Assembly: GCA_041488375.1 (NCBI GenBank)
Contig: JBGPPD010000001.1
Location: forward strand, 16,667-80,666
DNA from: Gammaproteobacteria bacterium
Lineage (GTDB): Bacteria; Pseudomonadota; Gammaproteobacteria; Burkholderiales; SG8-39
Direction of reading: 5' to 3'
Length of the DNA stretch: 64,000 nucleotides
The translations under genes and the position numbers were made by a program. This document shows positions 21,825 to 30,195 of the stretch, piece by piece. The notes below the pieces were generated by a model. That model was not told the DNA's origin. It saw only the letters and a program-made list of their open reading frames with translations, and searched no databases. The stretch's first letter is position 1; the number at the start of each line of letters is the position of its first letter.

Positions 21825-23120
21825 TTAGGCAGCTTCCTGCGTTTTCCCCGCCGGCAGCGCAGGGCGGAAGATGCGCACCGTTTTCACCACGCGCCCCTGG
21901 GCATGCACGATCTCCATCGGGACGTCGCCGATCTTGATCGACACGTCGGCCTCCGGGATGTCGCGAAGTTCCTCGAGGATCAGGCCATTCAGCGTCTTCG
22001 GTCCCTCGGTCGGCAACTCCAGCCCCAGCGCCCGGTTGATTTCCCGCACCGGCGTCGCGCCATCGGCAGTCGCGCTGCCGTCCTCGCCCCAGGCGAGCGC
22101 CTGCATGGCCGAGGGCATGGAAGTCGTGAACTTGCCGATGATCTCCTCGATGATGTCCTCGAGCGTCACCAGGCCCATCAGCTCGCCGTACTCGTCCACG
22201 ACCAGCGCGATGCGTTCGCGGTTTTCCTGGAAATACTGCATCTGGGCGAGCGCCGAAGTCGATGCCGGGACGTAGTACGGATCGTCGAGCACCTCGAGCA
22301 GCGCCGCCTGATCGAGCTGCCCCGCGTGCAGGGCGCTCAGGATCTTGCGCAGGTGCAGCACGCCGGCCAGGTCGCCCTCGTGGTCGCGATACACCGGCAG
22401 GCGCATGTGGTAGCTGGTGGCGAGCTGGCGCGACACCGCTTCCATCTCGTCCTCGAGGCACACCGACTCGATGCGCGCGCGCGGCACCATGATGTCCTGC
22501 ACGGTGACGTTGCCCAGATCGAACAGGTTGAGCAGGATCGAAGTGTGCTTCTTCGGCATGAACGTGGACGACTCGAGCACCAGGATGCGGATCTCCTCCG
22601 GCGACAGCATGGGCGCTTCGGCCCCCGGATCGGGCGCCACGCGCAGCAGCCGCAGCAGGGGCCGCACAAATAGGTTGACGAACCATGCCGCCGGATCCAG
22701 CACGCTCAGCGATACCTTCACCGGCAAGGACAGCAGCAGCGCGGTCCGCTCGGGATGCGTGGCGCCGATCACCTTCGGCGTGATCTCCGAGAACACGATG
22801 ATCAGGAACGAGATCACGACCGTGCCGAGCGCGTAGGCGATCTTGTCCTGACCGAGCAGGCGCACCGCGACCAGGCTGGCGAGCGTGCTGGCGGCAGCGA
22901 TCACCAGGGTGTTGCCGATCAGAATGCCGCCGAGCAGCCGGTCGGTGCGTCCCAGCAGTTCGGTGACCCGCACGGCGCTGCGCAGCCCCTGGCTCACGAG
23001 AAATTTCAGGCGATAGCGGTTGACCGCCATCATCGCGGTCTCGGCAATCGAGAAGAACGCCGACAGGGCGAGCAGCACCGCCAGCGCGCCAAGTTCCCAA
23101 ACGAAGGGAAAGGCTTCCAT
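21825..23120 (-). CDS. CNNM/CorC-HlyC family transporter (DUF21-CBS-CorC)
   Basis: Start ATG 23120 (MEAFPFVWELG...SIAETAMMAV) overlapping upstream TGA; CBS pair and C-terminal CorC_HlyC region; E. coli yfjD-like synteny next to ypjD/ffh. Confidence 0.9.
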   Translation of the reverse strand: MEAFPFVWELGALAVLLALSAFFSIAETAMMAVNRYRLKFLVSQGLRSAVRVTELLGRTDRLLGGILIGNTLVIAAASTLASLVAVRLLGQDKIAYALGTVVISFLIIVFSEITPKVIGATHPERTALLLSLPVKVSLSVLDPAAWFVNLFVRPLLRLLRVAPDPGAEAPMLSPEEIRILVLESSTFMPKKHTSILLNLFDLGNVTVQDIMVPRARIESVCLEDEMEAVSRQLATSYHMRLPVYRDHEGDLAGVLHLRKILSALHAGQLDQAALLEVLDDPYYVPASTSALAQMQYFQENRERIALVVDEYGELMGLVTLEDIIEEIIGKFTTSMPSAMQALAWGEDGSATADGATPVREINRALGLELPTEGPKTLNGLILEELRDIPEADVSIKIGDVPMEIVHAQGRVVKTVRIFRPALPAGKTQEAA

Positions 23121-23944
23121 CAGGCGCGCCTGAGGAGCACTTCCAGCACGAACGCCGTGCCGATGTTCGCCAGCACCACCAGCGCGAATCCGGCGATGGT
23201 CCAGCGCAGCGCCGTGCGGCCGCGCCAACCGTAGAGCCAGCGCCCTGCCAGCAGCCAGCCGAAGGTGAGCCACGACAGCACCGCGAACACCGTCTCATGG
23301 TTGAAGCGCAGGAATTGCCCGAACATGCTGTCGGTCAGGATCATGCCGGTGGCGAGCGTGAGCGTGAGGAACAGGAACGCCACGCCGATGATCCTGAACA
23401 GCGACTGCTCGAGGGTCAGCAGCGGGGGCAGGTGGCCGACTGCGTCGGCGCTCTTGCGGTGCAGGCGGCGCTCGACCAGCGCCATCAGCGTCGCATGCAG
23501 CAGCGCGATGGTAAACAGGCTGTAGGCGAGCATCGCCAGCAAGAGGTGCATCTTGAATTCGGGCGACGAGGCATAAGCGCCGCTGGCACGGCCCGGAAAC
23601 AGCAGCGGCAGCGGCGTGGCGAGCGCCGCCAGGCCGAGCGCGGGCGCCTGGATGCCGTCGAGGCTGAAGAACAGGCTTTCCAGCCAGTAGAACAGCACCG
23701 CGAGCCACAGCATCGTCGAGAGCGCGTGGGCAAAGCCGAAGCGCAGCTCGGGGGTCGCGAACAGGTCGGCGTACAGGAGGAAGCCGTGCAGCGTAAGCGG
23801 CGCGAGGATCGCGGCGCGCTCCCAGGGCCGCAGCCCGGCCGCAGCCGCGGGGTCCATCCGTCCCCGCCAGCGCGTACGCCAGAAGTGCCACGCCAGCCCG
23901 GCATAGCCGGCCGCGCAGAGCGCGTGAATTACAATGTCGGGCAC
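23120..23944 (-). CDS. CcsA-like cytochrome c assembly family inner-membrane protein (YpjD-like)
   Basis: 274 aa, about 8 TM; divergent from ffh as in enterobacterial ypjD. Confidence 0.85.
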   Translation of the reverse strand: MPDIVIHALCAAGYAGLAWHFWRTRWRGRMDPAAAAGLRPWERAAILAPLTLHGFLLYADLFATPELRFGFAHALSTMLWLAVLFYWLESLFFSLDGIQAPALGLAALATPLPLLFPGRASGAYASSPEFKMHLLLAMLAYSLFTIALLHATLMALVERRLHRKSADAVGHLPPLLTLEQSLFRIIGVAFLFLTLTLATGMILTDSMFGQFLRFNHETVFAVLSWLTFGWLLAGRWLYGWRGRTALRWTIAGFALVVLANIGTAFVLEVLLRRA

Positions 23945-23962
23945 ATCTCCAGTTTATCACCC

Positions 23963-25312
23963 GTGCTCGACAACCTGACCACACGGCTTGGCAGGATCGT
24001 CAAGACGATCCGCGGCGAGGCGCGCCTCACCGAGAGCAACATCCAGGAGGCGCTGCGCGAAGTGCGCGTCGCGCTGCTCGAGGCGGATGTCGCCCTGCCG
24101 GTGGTGCGCGAGTTCATCGCCGCGGTCAAGGAGAAAGCGCTCGGCGCCGAGGTGGCGGGCAGCTTGACGCCCGGCCAGGCGCTGGTTGGCGTGGTGCATG
24201 CCGAGCTTACCCGGCTGATGGGCGAGGCGAATGTCGGGCTCGATCTTGCCGTGCAGCCGCCGGCGGTGATCCTGATGGCGGGCCTGCAGGGCTCGGGCAA
24301 GACCACCACCGCGGCGAAGCTCGCGCGCCTGCTGCAGGGACAGAAGAAGAAGGTGCTGCTGGCGTCCTGCGACGTCTACCGCCCCGCGGCCATCGAGCAA
24401 CTGCAAACGGTGGCGGCGCAGGCCGGCGCGGATTTCTTCCCCTCCGCGGCGGGCGAGCGGCCGCTGGACATCGCGCGGCGCGCCCTCGAGCACGCGAAGA
24501 CGCATTACTACGATGTGCTGATCGTGGACACTGCGGGGCGGCTCGCCATCGACGAACCGATGATGCAGGAAGTCGCCGCCCTGCACGCGGCGCTCGCCCC
24601 GGTGGAAACGCTGTTCGTGGTGGATGCGATGCAGGGCCAGGACGCCGTCAACGTGGCGCGCGCCTTCGGCGAGCGGCTGCCGCTCACCGGCGTGATCCTC
24701 ACCAAGCTGGACGGGGACGCGCGCGGCGGCGCGGTGCTGTCGGTGCGCCAGGTGACGGGCAAACCGGTCAAGTTCGCCGGCGTGGGCGAGAAGCTCGATG
24801 CGCTGGAGCCTTTCCACCCGGAACGCATGGCCTCGCGCGTGCTCGGCATGGGCGACATCCTGTCGCTGGTCGAGGAGGCCCACAAGCAGGTGGACCTCGC
24901 GCAGGCGCAGCGCGTGGCGGAAAAGATCCGCAAGGGCAAGGGTTTCGATCTCGAGGACTTCAAGCAGCAGATCCAGCAGATGAACAAGATGGGCGGGCTG
25001 TCCTCGATGCTCGACAAGTTGCCGGCGCAGCTGACGGGCCAGCTGAATCCCGCTCAGCTGCAGGACGGCCGCCAGTTCCGGCGCATCGAAGGCATCATCA
25101 ACGCGATGACGCCCGGCGAGCGCGCCGATCCCGACCTGATCAAGGCGTCGCGCAAGCGGCGCATCGCCGCGGGCGCCGGGGTGGCGGTGCAGGAGGTCAA
25201 CCGCCTGCTCAACCAGTTCGAGCAGATACAGAAGATGATGAAGATGATGAAAGGCGGCAATCTGGCGCGCATGATGCGAGGCATGAAGGGCGTGTTGCCG
25301 GGCATGAAATGA
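23963..25312 (+). CDS. ffh: signal recognition particle protein Ffh
   Basis: GTG 23963 gives (M)LDNLTTRLG; GLQGSGKTTT, DTAGR, TKLDGD GTPase motifs; Met-rich M-domain tail. Confidence 0.96.
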   Translation: MLDNLTTRLGRIVKTIRGEARLTESNIQEALREVRVALLEADVALPVVREFIAAVKEKALGAEVAGSLTPGQALVGVVHAELTRLMGEANVGLDLAVQPPAVILMAGLQGSGKTTTAAKLARLLQGQKKKVLLASCDVYRPAAIEQLQTVAAQAGADFFPSAAGERPLDIARRALEHAKTHYYDVLIVDTAGRLAIDEPMMQEVAALHAALAPVETLFVVDAMQGQDAVNVARAFGERLPLTGVILTKLDGDARGGAVLSVRQVTGKPVKFAGVGEKLDALEPFHPERMASRVLGMGDILSLVEEAHKQVDLAQAQRVAEKIRKGKGFDLEDFKQQIQQMNKMGGLSSMLDKLPAQLTGQLNPAQLQDGRQFRRIEGIINAMTPGERADPDLIKASRKRRIAAGAGVAVQEVNRLLNQFEQIQKMMKMMKGGNLARMMRGMKGVLPGMK

Positions 25313-25352
25313 CGCGCGCCGTCGGCGGGCGGGCCGCGACCCTGGCAGGCGC

Positions 25353-26288
25353 ATGCTTTCGATAGTCGTCAACTTTTTCAACAACCGCCGCGAAGCGGCC
25401 AATACGCTGCATTCGCTGACGAGCGGCTACCAGCGCGGCGTGGGCGACCTGGAGTACGAAGTCATCGCTTTGGACCACGGTTCGACCCTGCCGCTGACCG
25501 AGGCCGGCGTGCGCGCGCACGGCCCGCAGTTCCGTTACCGCTACGTTCGCACCGAGGCGGTATCTCCGGCGGCCGCGCTGAACGCGGCCTGCCGCGATGC
25601 CGCCGGCGACCGGCTGCTGATCATGATCGACGGCGCGCACATCCTGTCGCCGGGGGTGCTGCGCCTCGCGCACATCGCGTGGCGCACGTTTCTGGCGCCA
25701 TTCATCGCGACGGTGCCGTTCCATCTGGGCCCCAAGCAGCAGTACGACTCGATGCTCGAAGGCTACAACCAGCAAGTCGAGGATCGCATGCTGGTCGATT
25801 GCCGCTGGCGCGAAGACGGCTACCGATTGTACTCGGTGACCCAGGCATTCTCGGATACCAGCCAAGGCTGGTTCGGCATCCTGTTCGAGAGCGGATGCTT
25901 CGGCATGCGCAAAGCCGATTTTCTCGCCATGGGCGGATTCGACGAGCGGTTCGCGGCGCCCGGCGGCGGGCTGGTGAATCTGGATCTGTTCCGGCGCGCA
26001 CTGCTGAACACGGAACTGCAGTACGTCATGCTGCTCGGCGAGGGCAGCTTCCACCAGTTCCACGGCGGCGTGACCACCAACGTGCCGCGCGACCGACAGC
26101 CGCTGCAGTCGTACCACGAGGAGTACGCGCGAATCCGCGGCGAGCCGTACCGGCGCGTGCCGCGGCCGCCATTTTTTATCGGCGAGATGCCGCGCGAAAT
26201 GCGCCACATCGCCAAGTATTCCGCGCTCACCGGTTTCGACCTGTGGGCGGGGGAGGCCGGGGCGCCGCCGGCCACTCCGGCGACTTGA
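25353..26288 (+). CDS. GT-A fold (family 2-like) glycosyltransferase-like protein, function unknown
   Basis: LSIVVNFFNNRREAANTLHSL, YEVIALDHGS and LLIMIDGAHIL resemble GT2 N-terminal motifs; the DxD position reads DGA. Confidence 0.7.
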   Translation: MLSIVVNFFNNRREAANTLHSLTSGYQRGVGDLEYEVIALDHGSTLPLTEAGVRAHGPQFRYRYVRTEAVSPAAALNAACRDAAGDRLLIMIDGAHILSPGVLRLAHIAWRTFLAPFIATVPFHLGPKQQYDSMLEGYNQQVEDRMLVDCRWREDGYRLYSVTQAFSDTSQGWFGILFESGCFGMRKADFLAMGGFDERFAAPGGGLVNLDLFRRALLNTELQYVMLLGEGSFHQFHGGVTTNVPRDRQPLQSYHEEYARIRGEPYRRVPRPPFFIGEMPREMRHIAKYSALTGFDLWAGEAGAPPATPAT

Positions 26289-26298
26289 CGCACGCACG

Positions 26299-26331
26299 AA
26301 AAAAAGCCCGCCATGCGGCGGGCCCTTTCTT
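26299..26331. terminator. bidirectional rho-independent terminator (GT-like gene and phasin)
   Basis: AAAAAAA-GCCCGCC-atgc-GGCGGGC-CCTTTCTTC; A-run/T-run on both sides. Confidence 0.7.
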
Positions 26332-26415
26332 CGTGCTACTTCCGTTTCTTCGCGGCCTTACGTGCTGCCGGCCTGCGCTTCGCGCTAGATAGGGCCTTGC
26401 GGCCCGGTTTGGCGC

Positions 26416-26958
26416 TTAGGCGATCTTTTTTGCCTTGGCGAGGCCTTTCACGGTCTCGGTCGCGGCGGCGACGTTGGCTTCGGCGATTTCGGTCGCCTGC
26501 TTGGTCACCTTGGTGAAGTTGTCATAGGCCGAGTTGGCGGCGGCGAGCATCGACTTGATGCCGGCGACGGCGACGTCGGAACCGGCCGGCGCGTTCTTCA
26601 CGGCCTTGTCCAGCAGCGCGGTGAAGTTCTCGTTCCAGTCGGCGACGCGCTTCTCGGCGGCCTTCGACAGTTCGGCGTTGGCTTCGGTCGCCACTTCATA
26701 GACGCTCTTCGAGTAGGCAATGGCCTTCTCGATCGCCGGGGTGGCGAAGGCGTTCTGCAGGCTGACGAACTCCTGCACGTCTTTCGCGCCAAACAGGGCG
26801 CGGGTGTTGCTGACACTGTCTTCGAACGCGGTTTTCACGACGTTGGCATTCAGCGTGGCGAGCTTCTCGATCGCTGCGAATTGCGTCGCGGCGAGAGAGA
26901 GCATCGCGTCCACGCTGGCCTTGCCGGCCGCTTGGATCTGCTCGGGGGTCACGTACAT
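26416..26958 (-). CDS. phaP: phasin (PHA granule-associated protein)
   Basis: 180 aa Ala-rich all-helical protein, MYVTPEQIQAAGKASVDAMLSLAATQFAAIEKL; strong AAGGAG RBS. Confidence 0.9.
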   Translation of the reverse strand: MYVTPEQIQAAGKASVDAMLSLAATQFAAIEKLATLNANVVKTAFEDSVSNTRALFGAKDVQEFVSLQNAFATPAIEKAIAYSKSVYEVATEANAELSKAAEKRVADWNENFTALLDKAVKNAPAGSDVAVAGIKSMLAAANSAYDNFTKVTKQATEIAEANVAAATETVKGLAKAKKIA

Positions 26959-27033
26959 GGTCTGGCTCCTTGTCTAGGTAAACGAATTCGGTTTTGGTCC
27001 GTCGGGGCACTTTGGTGCACCGCAACAAATTCA

Positions 27034-27061
27034 AGTGTAGGCTTTTGGCGCTGAATGTCAA
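27034..27061 (-). promoter_or_regulatory. probable sigma70 promoter of phasin gene
   Basis: Minus strand TTGACA (27061-27056), 16-nt spacer, TACACT (27039-27034); near-palindrome TGCTGCATTGCA just upstream. Confidence 0.5.
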
Positions 27062-27122
27062 ACATATTTTGCAATGCAGCATAACTGATTGATAGACTGC
27101 GGAATCCTGTAGGGCTCCTAGT

Positions 27123-27170
27123 GGCTTGGTGTTTCAAACACCGTTTCGAACCCTGTCGAAACACCAAGCC
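27123..27170 (+). promoter_or_regulatory. 13-nt perfect inverted repeat with nested alternative palindrome in EamA-P450 operon leader
   Basis: GGCTTGGTGTTTC (27123-27135) and GAAACACCAAGCC (27158-27170), 22-nt spacer containing AAACACC, which can pair with GGTGTTT instead. Confidence 0.6.
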
Positions 27171-27203
27171 GGCTGGGAAGGGCGACGACGACAATGGGGC
27201 CCC

Positions 27204-28094
27204 ATGAGCAACGCGCCCGCCGCCTCCGATCCAGTCAAGAGGGCGGCCTGGATATTCCCCGGATTGTTCGTGGTGCTCTGGAGTACTGGCTTCATCGGCG
27301 CGAAGTTAGGGCTCCCTTACGCGGAGCCGGCCACGTTCCTGGAAATCCGCTTTGTCGCGGTCCTGGCTGTGCTCCTGCCGCTGTGCTGGGTGATGCGAGC
27401 GCCGTGGGCGCAGACGCGGGCGGAGTTCTGGCACATGGCGTTCGCCGGGGCCCTGATCCAAGGGGGCTACCTCGGCGGTGTGTTCCTTTCTCTGTCCCAC
27501 GGCATGCCGGCCGGCGTGTCCTCCCTGATCACGGCGCTGCAGCCGGTCCTGGCGGCGGTGCTGAGCGGCTGGCTCCTGGGCGAGCGCACCAACAAGCGCC
27601 AGTGGCTCGGCCTGGCGCTCGGCATCCTCGGGGTGGCGCTGGTGGTGCGGGAGAAATGGGTCCTGGAAGGCGTGGGCTTTGCCGCCACGGCGCTGTCCGT
27701 GCTGGCGCTGGTCAGCATCAGCCTGGGCGCCATCTGGCAGAAGCGCTACTGCGGGCGGGTCGACTTGCGCACCGGCGCGGCGATCCAGTTCGCCGCCGGT
27801 TTCCTGCTGCTGCTGCCCTATGCCTTGCTGGTCGAGACGCACCAGGTCACCTGGAGCCTCGAATTGCTCGCCGCTATTGCCTGGCTGGTATTCGCGCTGT
27901 CCCTTGGCGCCGTATTCCTGCTGTTCTGGCTGATCCGGCACGGCGCGGCCACCAAGGTGGCTAGCCTGATGTACCTGGTGCCGCCGTGCACGGCGTTGGT
28001 CGCCTGGCCGCTGTTCGGCGAGACCTATACTGCATTCTCCGCCGCCGGCATGGCGCTCGCCATGCTGGCCGTATGGCTGGTGAGCAAGGGATGA
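27204..28094 (+). CDS. DMT/EamA family permease (10 TM)
   Basis: ATG 27204 (MSNAPAASDPVKRAAWIFPG...); listed start 27126 would translate the palindromic leader; duplicated EamA halves. Confidence 0.85.
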   Translation: MSNAPAASDPVKRAAWIFPGLFVVLWSTGFIGAKLGLPYAEPATFLEIRFVAVLAVLLPLCWVMRAPWAQTRAEFWHMAFAGALIQGGYLGGVFLSLSHGMPAGVSSLITALQPVLAAVLSGWLLGERTNKRQWLGLALGILGVALVVREKWVLEGVGFAATALSVLALVSISLGAIWQKRYCGRVDLRTGAAIQFAAGFLLLLPYALLVETHQVTWSLELLAAIAWLVFALSLGAVFLLFWLIRHGAATKVASLMYLVPPCTALVAWPLFGETYTAFSAAGMALAMLAVWLVSKG

Positions 28095-29302
28095 ATCTCG
28101 ATTACAAGCCGGACGACCCGGCGTACCTCGCCAATCCGTTCCCGTTGTTTCGACGGATGCAGGACGAGGACCCATGCCACTGGAGCCCGCGGCTGAAAGC
28201 GTGGGTGTTGACGCGATACGAGGACGTGCGCCGCGCCTGCCTGGACCGGGAGATGTCCTCGGACCGCCTGCGGCCGTTTTTTGCCGCACTGCCGCCCGCG
28301 GAGGCGCTGCGCATCGCCGAATTGATGCGCTATCTGACGCTGTGGATGGTGTTCCGTGACGCGCCCGAGCACACGCGCCTGCGCCGCCTCACCAGCAAGG
28401 TGTTTCACGTCAAGTCGATGTACGCGATGCGGCCACGCATCGAGGCGCTGATGCAATGGCTGTTCGAGAGCATCGGTGGCCGCGGGGAATTCGACTTCAT
28501 CGGCGATTTTGCCGGGCCGTTGCCGGCGCTGGTGATCATGGACATGCTGGGCGTGCCGCGCGAGGAGCTGGCCAAAGTGAAGCGGTTGTCCGACGACATG
28601 GCGCTGTTCATCGGCAGCTCGCGCATGTCCCCGGGGAAATACGACATCGCCGAGGCCGCGACGCGCGAAATGGCGGAGTTCTTCCGTGGCATGATCGCCG
28701 CGCGCCGCGCCACGCCGGGGGTGGACCTGCTCTCGGAACTGGTGCACCTCGAGGACGCCGGCGACCGCCTGTCGGAGGACGAACTGGTGGCCACCTGCAT
28801 CCTGCTGTTGTTCGCGGGGCACGAAACCACCACCAACCATATCGCCAACGGGCTGCTCGGGCTGCTGCGCTTTCCGTCGGAAATGGCGAAGCTGCGCGCC
28901 GATCCCGGGCTGGCCGCCGCCGCGGTCGAGGAACTGCTCCGCTACGATGGCCCGAATGGCGCGCAAGTGCGCATCGTGCAGCAGGCTCACGAGCTGCACG
29001 GCAAGCAGCTCAAGCCGGGCGAGCGCGTCTTCATCCTGCTGAACGCCGCCAACCGCGACCCGCGCGTTTACCACGATCCGGACCGGGTGGAACTCGCGCG
29101 CAACGGGCCGCCGCATCTCGCCTTCGGCTTCGGCTTGCATATTTGCCTGGGCTTCCCGCTCGCCCGCCTGGAGGGCCAGATCGCGCTGCCGGCGGTGCTG
29201 GCGCGCTGGCCCGGGATCGAGCTGGCAGGCGGGCGCCTGGAGTGGCTCAACTCGATGGTGTTCCGCGGCATGACGGCGATGCCGCTGCGCGTGCGGGCAT
29301 GA
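28091..29302 (+). CDS. cytochrome P450 monooxygenase
   Basis: ATGA overlap with upstream stop; I-helix LLFAGHETTTN, EELLRY (ExxR), heme loop FGFGLHICLG (Cys codon 29144-29146). Confidence 0.93.
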   Translation: MNLDYKPDDPAYLANPFPLFRRMQDEDPCHWSPRLKAWVLTRYEDVRRACLDREMSSDRLRPFFAALPPAEALRIAELMRYLTLWMVFRDAPEHTRLRRLTSKVFHVKSMYAMRPRIEALMQWLFESIGGRGEFDFIGDFAGPLPALVIMDMLGVPREELAKVKRLSDDMALFIGSSRMSPGKYDIAEAATREMAEFFRGMIAARRATPGVDLLSELVHLEDAGDRLSEDELVATCILLLFAGHETTTNHIANGLLGLLRFPSEMAKLRADPGLAAAAVEELLRYDGPNGAQVRIVQQAHELHGKQLKPGERVFILLNAANRDPRVYHDPDRVELARNGPPHLAFGFGLHICLGFPLARLEGQIALPAVLARWPGIELAGGRLEWLNSMVFRGMTAMPLRVRA

Positions 29303-30195
29303 GCGCGCGGCGGGGCGAGCATCTGCCGCGCAGCCTGTGGTGGGTGCTGATCGGCATCACCCTGGTCTGGGGGTTCAACTGGACGGCGATGAAGGTCGCG
29401 ATCTCGGAAATCGCGCCGTTCACGTTCCGTACGTGCTGCCTGGCCGCCGGCTCGGGGGTGCTGTTCGCGGCGTTGCGCGCGAGCGGTCAGCCGCTCGCCA
29501 TCCCGCGCGACCAGTGGAGGCGCCTCGTGCTGATCGCCTTCTTCAGCATTACCTGCTGGAACGTGCTGGTGGTGTTTGGCCTGCGGCTGATCCCCTCGGG
29601 GCGCGCGGCGATCCTCGCCTACACCATGCCGGCGCTGGCCATCCCGCTGTCGGTCTGGCTGCTCAGGGAGCCCATGAACGGCAGGAAACTACTGGGCCTC
29701 GCGCTCGGCTTGGGCGGCATGGCTCTGCTGCTGTTCGAGGAATTCGCCAAACTCGCCGGCGCGCCGCTGGGCGCCTTGCTGGTCCTGGGCGCGGCCTCCA
29801 CCTGGGCACTCGGCACGGTATTGCAGAAGAAATTTCCGGTGCGGGCGCCAGTGGCTGCGCTGACGGCCTGGATGATGCTGCTGGGCGGCGTGCCGATCTA
29901 TCTCGGTGCGCTGCTGTTCGAGGACTTCACTGCCCTGCGGCAGGTAAGCCTGTGGCCGGCGCTGGCGGTGCTGTACAACGTCCTGTTTTCGTTCGCGTGG
30001 GCGCATTGGGCCTGGATCAAGCTTGCCACCTCGGTGTCGGTGACCACCTTTTCGCTGGCCATGCTGATGACGCCGGTGGTCGGCGTGTTCTCCGGCATGC
30101 TGTTCCTGGGCGAGCGGCCGGGATGGCCCGAGTTCGGTGCGCTGGGGCTGGTCCTGGCGTCGCTTGCGACGGTGGTGATTCCGGTCAGGAAGTAG
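29299..30195 (+). CDS. DMT/EamA family permease (10 TM), divergent paralog
   Basis: ATGA overlap with P450 stop; MSARRGEHLPRSLWWVLIGITLVWGFNW...; 11-nt convergent overlap with gluQ. Confidence 0.87.
   Translation: MSARRGEHLPRSLWWVLIGITLVWGFNWTAMKVAISEIAPFTFRTCCLAAGSGVLFAALRASGQPLAIPRDQWRRLVLIAFFSITCWNVLVVFGLRLIPSGRAAILAYTMPALAIPLSVWLLREPMNGRKLLGLALGLGGMALLLFEEFAKLAGAPLGALLVLGAASTWALGTVLQKKFPVRAPVAALTAWMMLLGGVPIYLGALLFEDFTALRQVSLWPALAVLYNVLFSFAWAHWAWIKLATSVSVTTFSLAMLMTPVVGVFSGMLFLGERPGWPEFGALGLVLASLATVVIPVRK

Noticed and set aside
26313-26516. 67-aa Arg-rich plus-strand ORF between the GT-like gene and the phasin gene
   Set aside because: It starts inside the bidirectional terminator hairpin, runs antisense into the phasin gene and has shadow-frame composition.
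27126-27203. Upstream start for EamA-1 (MVFQTPFRTLSKHQAGWEGRRRQWGP...)
   Set aside because: It would translate straight through the 13-nt inverted repeat. It adds a charged, non-membrane peptide that is atypical for DMT permeases. ATG 27204 gives a normal N-terminus.
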